57,225 bases of DNA from a bacterium (GTDB taxonomy: Bacteria > UBA9089 > CG2-30-40-21). This document shows positions 54,001 through 57,225 of the stretch, piece by piece; position 1 is the stretch's first letter, and every line of letters starts with the position of its first letter. The DNA lies in NCBI GenBank assembly GCA_030018795.1, contig JASEHA010000001.1, positions 1-57,225 on the forward strand, in the 5' to 3' direction. The notes beneath the pieces are model-generated. The model ran no database searches. It saw only the letters and a program-made list of their open reading frames with translations, and was not told where the DNA came from. The position numbers and the translations under genes are program-made.

Positions 54001-57000
54001 ACCTTTACCATTGATTCGCAGGCCTATGGGACAACAAGCGTGTCAGCCACTGGCATGGTCAGCGGACAGGCATCAACAGTCAGGTTCTTTATTATGCCAG
54101 AGATAACTGGTCTGACACCAACTACTGGTACGGTGGGAACATTAGTAACCATAGATTGCACTGGTTATGGTTCTGGTGAGCAGGTAAGGCTTGATTTTGG
54201 CAAGACCATAACTCGTGTATTAAGTAATGCCAGCATTAATGGTACATTTACCATGATATTTACGGTTGATACTCAAGTTTATGGGACAAAGTCAATAGTG
54301 ATGACAGGGCTGGTTACAGGCAATGTATTATCAAGGGATTACCTCATTGTTTCTGAGATAGTCAGCGTAACACCAACCATAGGAAGTGTTGGCAAGCTGG
54401 TTACCATTGTAGGCAGTGGCTATGGTAATAATGAAAAGGTACAGATTGACTTTGGTCAGACAATGAATCTGGTGCAGCCATTAACAAGCAGTGATGGGAC
54501 ATTCAGCGTTACCTTTACGGTTGATGTTCAGGCATATGGGACAAAGACCATAACCGTTGAGGGTGTTGATACAAGGTATAGATTAACAAAGACATATTGT
54601 ATTATTCCAGAGATAATCAGTGTTGTGCCAAATACGGGTACAGTTGGGACAAATGTTATTATTACCTGCAGCGGTTATGGATCAGGTGAGCAGGTAAGGG
54701 TTGACTTTGGTAAGACATCCAGCATGGTTATTGGTGTTGCCAGCATAGACGGAACATTTACTACCAGCTGGACAATTGATAAGCAAGGTTATGGGACACA
54801 AAACATTGTTGCTCAGGGTGTTACGAGTAAGGCTCAGGCAGGAAATACCTTCTATATTACACCAAAGATACTTAATGTATCACCAACCATTGGTACGGTA
54901 GGAACTATAGTTACTGTAAATTGTGATGGTTATGGTGCAGATGAGGATGTAAGCCTTACACTTGGAAAGACTGTGGGTATTGTTATGGTTAGAGCCAGTA
55001 ATAACGGGACATTTACCACTACCTTTACCATTGATTCCCAGAGGTATGGGACGCAAGCCTTAATCATTGAGGGTGTAAATAGCAAACATCCAATGGAGAG
55101 CAGCGTTTATATTACCCCAGAGGTAGTGAGTGTATCACCAGTCAGTGGTACGGTTGGGACATTGGTTACAGTTAGCGGTACCGGCTATGGTGTGGGTGAG
55201 GTATTGCGTGTTGGTTTTGGCAAGACAATGACCATAGTCACCTGTATTGCCAGTATAGATGGAACATTTACCGCAGTATTTACGGTTGATACACAGGGTT
55301 ATGCAACTAAGACCATTACAATTGAGGGTGTCCAGATATTGCATCCAGCAGCCAATACCTTCTTTATCCTGCCGGAGATAGTTGGTATGACACCAACAAT
55401 TGGTACGGTAGGGACATTGGTGACAATTAATTGCACAGGCTATGGCTCAGGCGAGACGGTGCGTGTTGATATTGGAAAGACAGCAGGTATTGTGCTTCCT
55501 GTTGCCAGTAATGATGGAACATTTACGACAGTGTTTACCATTGATACTCAAAGCTATGCCACAAGGACGGTTACTGTTGAGGGTGTTACCACTGGTGATG
55601 CGAGAAAAGAGATATTCTATATTATACCAGAGATAGTAAGCGTTGTCCCGAATAAGGGCAGTGTCGGAACATTTGTGACAGTAATTGGCAGCGGTTATGG
55701 TGATACTGAAACCATAATGATAGACTTTGGTTTGACAGCAAATATAGTTTCTGGTGCATCGAGCAATGATGGTACCTTTAGTCTTGTATTTACCATTGAT
55801 ACTCAGAGATATGGGACAAAGACTATTACAGCCGAAGGTATTCAAACACAATATCCAGTAGCAAGGACATTCTGTGTTATACCGCAGATAATCAGTGTTA
55901 AGCCATCACTGGGCACAGTAGGAACATTGGTAACCATTGCCTGTAGCGGCTATGCAGGGCTGGAAAATGTCAGGGTTGACTTTGGACAGACAACAAGCAT
56001 GGTAATTGGGATTACAGATAAGGATGGAACGTTTACATCTGTGTTTATGGTAGATGTCCAGCGTTATGGTACAAGAAGTATTATTGGGACAGGATTGGAC
56101 AGCAAGGCTGTGGCAGAAAATACATTCTATATTACTCCAGAAATAATTAGTGTCACCCCATCGATGGGTACGGTAGGGACATTTGTAACAATCAGATGCA
56201 GCGGCTATGGCAGTAATGAGGCTGTCCAGGTTGGATTTGGCAAGACAGATAGTATTGCTACCGGTATATGTAGCATAGATGGTACATTTACCGTAGTGTT
56301 CACCATTGATACGCAGAGGTATGCGACAACGACCATAAGGGCAACAGGTGTTACCCATCAGCATACAGCGAATAATACATATTATATCCTGCCAGAGGTA
56401 ATTAGTGTTACACCAAAATCAGGGACAGTTGGCACAGTAGTTAATGTGAAATGCAGCGGCTATGGGGCAAATGAGGCTGTCAGGGTTGACTTTGGCAAGA
56501 CCATGAGTATGGTTATTGGTCAGACAACTGAGGATGGTACGTTTACATCTGAATTTGTTGTTGATGCTCAAAGTTATGGAACAACAAGCATACAGGCTAC
56601 CAGCGTTGTCAGTATAGATCAAACAGGTATACCGGTTACTCAATATAATTGGTTTAAGATTACAACAGCTATCTATATTACACCCATTGAGGGTACGGTA
56701 GGGACATATGTGGTTGTAAATGGAGATGGCTATGGAGCAAATGAGGATGTCCGGATTGACTTTGGAACAACAAAGAGTATTGTTATTGCCTATACCTCTG
56801 CTGATGGAACATTTACAACCATGTTTATGAGTAATCCACAGAGGGCAGGGATGTCAATGGTTACTGCAACAGGCTTGAATACGCAGCATCCATATGAAAG
56901 ATTCTTTGGAGTCAGTGCCAAGATCAGTCAGATTATACCTACACATGGAACGGTTGGGACAGTGGTTACGGTTATTGGTGATGGGTTTGGCGGTGAAGAG

Positions 57001-57225
57001 ATGGTCAGGATAGACTTTGGCTCTACCCAGACTATAACCCAGATACAGGCAAACATAGCCGGTACATTCTCAATAGGGTTTACAGTAAATACTCAAGGAT
57101 TTGGGACAACAACCATAACAGTCTATGGTCTTGAGAGTAAGCAGCAGCCGGCAAAGGTGTTTAAGATAGAGCCGCAGGTAGTCAGCGTTGAGCCGACAGC
57201 AGGCACGGTTGGCACAATAGTTACG
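1..57225 (+). CDS. Internal fragment (19,075 codons) of a giant ORF. It encodes a tandem-repeat, IPT/TIG-like Ig-fold (beta-sandwich) protein of surface-fibre or adhesin type. Both termini lie outside the window.
   Basis: Frame +1 reads through from nt 1 (GTT TTG TTT GGG ACA...) to nt 57225 (...GGC ACA ATA GTT ACG) with no stop seen in hand translation. The supplied ORF track has no frame +1 entry at all, whereas frames +2, +3 and all minus frames are chopped into pieces of 200 aa or less. Repeat-unit lengths are always multiples of 3. Conservation is at the amino-acid level with free synonymous variation. Confidence 0.9.
1249..1512 (+). repeat. Example of one canonical module (88 aa).
   Basis: Translation: LYLVTPNTGTVGTSVMVYGNGFATGTARIDFGTTVSRVENVPVSDYGTLATSFTIDTQSFGTTTINAYHDVGLSRQVDNPIGFKITGN. 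The next module starts at ATC CTG TAT GTC TCC CCA (1513). Confidence 0.85.
5995..6030 (+). repeat. In-frame 18-nt tandem micro-duplication (INIGLT x2) inside one aberrant module.
   Basis: ATA AAT ATC GGG CTG ACA (5995-6012) is followed by ATA AAT ATT GGT TTG ACA (6013-6030). The peptide is identical and three sites differ synonymously. It replaces the usual E-x-V-x-I-D-F-G-T strand (context GNGYIASIGIGINIGLTINIGLTPFDAKADEDGTFSVTFNIDDEPFG). Confidence 0.8.
11095..12906 (+). repeat. First copy of a 7-module tandem duplication inside H0.
   Basis: The module order is: IYSISP...FTLNEQPGG, then FYIKANIHTVSP...GGTF, then ..., then DNQSIGSNTITA, then EPRLTLIIP, then ITPNVHTVSP, then IIPAIHTVSP. The same order repeats immediately downstream. 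TTTACCTTAAATGAGCAG occurs at 11251 and again at 13060 (offset 1809). Confidence 0.75.
12907..14694 (+). repeat. Second copy of the 7-module tandem duplication inside H0.
   Basis: The module order is: IVLVTP...FTLNEQAGG, then FYVKANIHTLTP...GGTF, then ..., then NNQSIGSNTITA, then KPKITSITP, then ITPNVVSVSP, and so on. Gln-codon anchors at 12049 and 13843 are 1794 nt apart. Confidence 0.75.
15727..21117 (+). repeat. Super-repeat copy H1 (21 modules, 5391 nt).
   Basis: It starts VTGVMPAIGSVTT. It is colinear module by module with H2. Examples: ARMYQVSP / ARLWQVSP; FTIRHNLVYITP / FSILHNLTYVTP; TILPHITQVSP / NILPHIIKVSP; STIPQPYGTTTIT / TTIPQPYGSTTIT; PQPAGTTTIIAW / PQPAGTTTITAW; DNQSIGINTITAFGLNT...YTFRVMP / DSQSIGTNTITAYGLNT...YTFRVMP. 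Confidence 0.8.
21118..26547 (+). repeat. Super-repeat copy H2 (21 modules, 5430 nt).
   Basis: It starts (V)ITDMSPTIGSVTT. See H1 for the colinear anchors. Its modules 17-20 form the locally homogenised LPEIILVTP...HDD subfamily. Confidence 0.8.
25261..26283 (+). repeat. Four-module homogenised subfamily (255, 255, 258 and 255 nt).
   Basis: Unit starts are CTG CCA GAG ATA ATC (25261), TTG CCA GAG ATT ATC (25516), CTG CCC AAT ATT ATC (25771) and TTG CCC GAG ATT ATT (26029). All read ILP(E/N)II(L/T)VTPxxGTVG...AGNG(Y/F)...R(I/L)(E/T)FG...YGTTTI(T/G)(A/G)(H/T)D(D/G). Confidence 0.8.
26548..30168 (+). repeat. Super-repeat copy H3 (14 modules, 3621 nt; lacks modules 15-21).
   Basis: It starts (V)ITDMTPTNGSVST (DISSVITDM is shared with H2). 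Modules 1-14 are colinear with H2: FKITTGIFVTP...GYQADEPVRIGFG matches FRITTGIATISP...GYQADEPIRISFG, and long-loop modules 8, 11 and 12 are in register. It then jumps straight to the next module-1 type (TFGTVTT at 30184). Confidence 0.75.
30169..34857 (+). repeat. Super-repeat copy H4 (about 18 modules, 4689 nt; more diverged).
   Basis: It starts IILVSPTFGTVTT, then ARVWEVSP, then VTGHIVSVNP, then DDDTFYITTGVTSISP. Long-loop modules 8 (FSGWFNANDPQAYG), 11 and 12 are in register with H3 (offsets 3639 and 3654). The next module-1/2/3 set starts at about 34858 (IWTDGYAPNEP..., NIFIIKGRVLSVNP). Beyond about 36 kb I can no longer follow the colinearity by eye. Confidence 0.55.
42637..43374 (+). 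repeat. Three consecutive compact modules of exactly 246 nt (82 aa), clearly more similar to one another than to their neighbours.
   Basis: CCG CAG starts fall at 42637, 42883 and 43129. The three read PQVVSVEPTAGTVGTIVMIYSTGYVAGESVNIAFGTNASIQTAIAGTYGSWTTSWTVDVQAYGTTTITASGISVATNVFRIQ, then PQVVSVEPTAGTVGSVVAIYGTGYAAGDNITVAFGTNAGIQTAIAGQYGSFTTSWTIDVQAYGTTTITASGVSMATNVFSIQ, then PQIVSVLPASGSVGTIVTIYSTGYASGETVNIAFGTNANIQQAVAGQYGSWTASWTVDTQRYGTTTIIASGISVAMNVFYIE. They share near-identical runs such as ATTCAGACGGCAATTGCCGG. Confidence 0.9.
54094..56660 (+). repeat. Ten-module subfamily P(E/Q/K)(I/V)(I/V/L)(S/G/N)(V/M/L)xP...VxVDFGKT...(S/N)(I/N)DGTFT. Seven of the ten carry Cys in place of the Gly of GNGYG.
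   Basis: Unit starts are about 54094, 54352, 54604, 54859, 55117, 55372, 55624, 55882, 56137 and 56389. TGC/TGT codons occur in IDCTGYG (about 54156), ITCSGYG (about 54666), VNCDGYG (about 54921), INCTGYG (about 55431), IACSGYA (about 55941), IRCSGYG (about 56196) and VKCSGYG (about 56451). Confidence 0.8.
57172..57225 (+). repeat. Truncated start of another module of the 42.6-kb compact subfamily.
   Basis: CCGCAGGTAGTCAGCGTTGAGCCGACAGCAGGCACGGTTGGCACAATAGTTACG (PQVVSVEPTAGTVGTIVT) compares with CCGCAGGTGGTTAGTGTTGAGCCGACAGCAGGCACGGTTGGCAGC at 42883. There are only a few mismatches over the first 45 nt or so. Confidence 0.8.

Larger units (their letters stand above)
1..57225 (+). repeat. Coding tandem array of about 220 complete modules (plus a partial module at each window edge). 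Period is about 246-285 nt, mostly 255-264 nt.
   Basis: The motifs P-x-x-G-T-V-G-T, G-N-G-(Y/F)-G, (I/V)-D-F-G and F-T-(V/I)-D-T-Q-x-Y-G-T-T-T recur in fixed order throughout. For example, the DFG-type strand falls at about 271, 538, 808, 1078, 1336, 1605 and 1858. My count of unit starts is 32 (165-8490), then 28, 21, 21, 14 and 18 (8491-34857), then about 87 (34858-57171). Confidence 0.9.

Noticed and set aside
1-57225. The regular periodicity of about 260 nt could suggest a CRISPR array or a non-coding satellite or minisatellite.
   Set aside because: There are no short identical direct repeats separated by unique spacers. The period is far too long for CRISPR. Every unit length is a multiple of 3, one frame stays open throughout, and similarity is at the amino-acid level with synonymous drift. 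It is a coding repeat.
1-57225. Many separate small genes, each beginning at an internal ATG, or a pseudogenised or frameshifted repeat gene.
   Set aside because: Frame +1 has no in-frame stops, no intergenic gaps and no frame switches between modules. The register checked at more than 25 positions is always frame 1, including nt 1 and nt 57223-57225. There is nothing to delimit separate genes and no sign of decay.
1-57225. Alternative family labels: RTX or haemolysin-type calcium repeats, cadherin, filamentous haemagglutinin, collagen-like, or YadA-like.
   Set aside because: There is no GGxGxD nonapeptide, no cadherin DxNDN or DxD calcium motifs and the module is not about 110 aa, no 19-20-residue FHA-type beta-helix repeat, and no Gly-X-Y triplets. 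The roughly 86-aa module with the strand-Pro-xxG-hydrophobic-G...GxGF...FG pattern fits an Ig-like (IPT/TIG-type) sandwich better. Big, PKD or FN3 folds cannot be fully excluded without a profile search.
42637-57225. Whether the recurrence of the PQVVSVEPTAGTVG module at 57172 (14,535 nt after 42637) extends the multiples-of-7-modules rule.
   Set aside because: My count gives about 57 modules between the two, not 56. The modules immediately upstream of each occurrence are not colinear, so this looks like reuse of a subtype and not a super-repeat. I do not claim it.
1-57225. Mobile elements, prophage tail-fibre cassettes, rRNA or tRNA genes, promoters, RBSs or terminators inside the window.
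   Set aside because: The single ORF leaves no non-coding space. I recognised no transposase- or integrase-like coding potential, no inverted terminal repeats, no tRNA cloverleaf or rRNA-like segment, and no hairpin plus T-tract that stands out from the repeat background. Any regulatory signals for this gene must lie outside the window.

Overview
The whole 57,225-nt window is an internal slice of one gene on the + strand. Frame +1 (codons starting at nt 1) showed no stop codon in my hand translation. I read nt 1-8,500 contiguously, most of the rest at lower care, and spot-checked exact codons at more than 25 places, including both window ends. None of the + strand ORFs in the supplied track are in frame 1 (all are frame 2 except two in frame 3). 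That is the expected result if frame 1 never closes inside the window. 57,225 = 3 x 19,075, so the window holds 19,075 sense codons with neither the start nor the stop of the gene.

The product is a tandem array of about 220 modules of about 82-95 aa (246-285 nt, mostly 255-264 nt). The approximate consensus is (I/V)xx(V/I)xPxxG(T/S)(V/I)G(T/S)x(V/I)T(V/I)xGnG(Y/F)GxxExVxIdFGtxxxIxxxxxxxxG(S/T)FtxxFT(V/I)(D/N)TQxYGTTTItAxGxxSxxxxxxxFxI. It is rich in Thr/Gly/Val/Ile/Ser, poor in charged residues and very poor in Cys. By pattern it looks like an IPT/TIG-type Ig-fold beta-sandwich repeat, as found in surface fibres, adhesins or sheath proteins. I could not run a profile search, so the family assignment is only moderately confident.

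The array is not uniform:
- Between about 7.5 and 35 kb it is organised into old, diverged super-repeats of 28, 21, 21, 14 and 18 modules. The length differences among the first four come in blocks of seven modules (about 1.81 kb).
- Particular modules carry loop insertions that are retained at the same position in every super-repeat copy.
- There are several locally homogenised module subfamilies: 25.26-26.28 kb, 42.64-43.37 kb, about 44-53.5 kb, and a Cys-bearing one at 54.1-56.7 kb.

I see no rRNA, tRNA, CRISPR array, mobile element, intergenic region, promoter or terminator that I can support. All other ORFs in the track are frame or antisense shadows of the repeat. The notable object here is therefore a giant repeat gene, not a multi-gene system. 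Its ends, any non-repeat 'head', signal peptide or anchor domains, and its neighbours all lie outside the window.

Limits: everything is by-eye translation. Unit counts are about +/-3, coordinates of unit boundaries are about +/-10 nt unless given as exact codons, and identity levels are rough impressions, not computed values.
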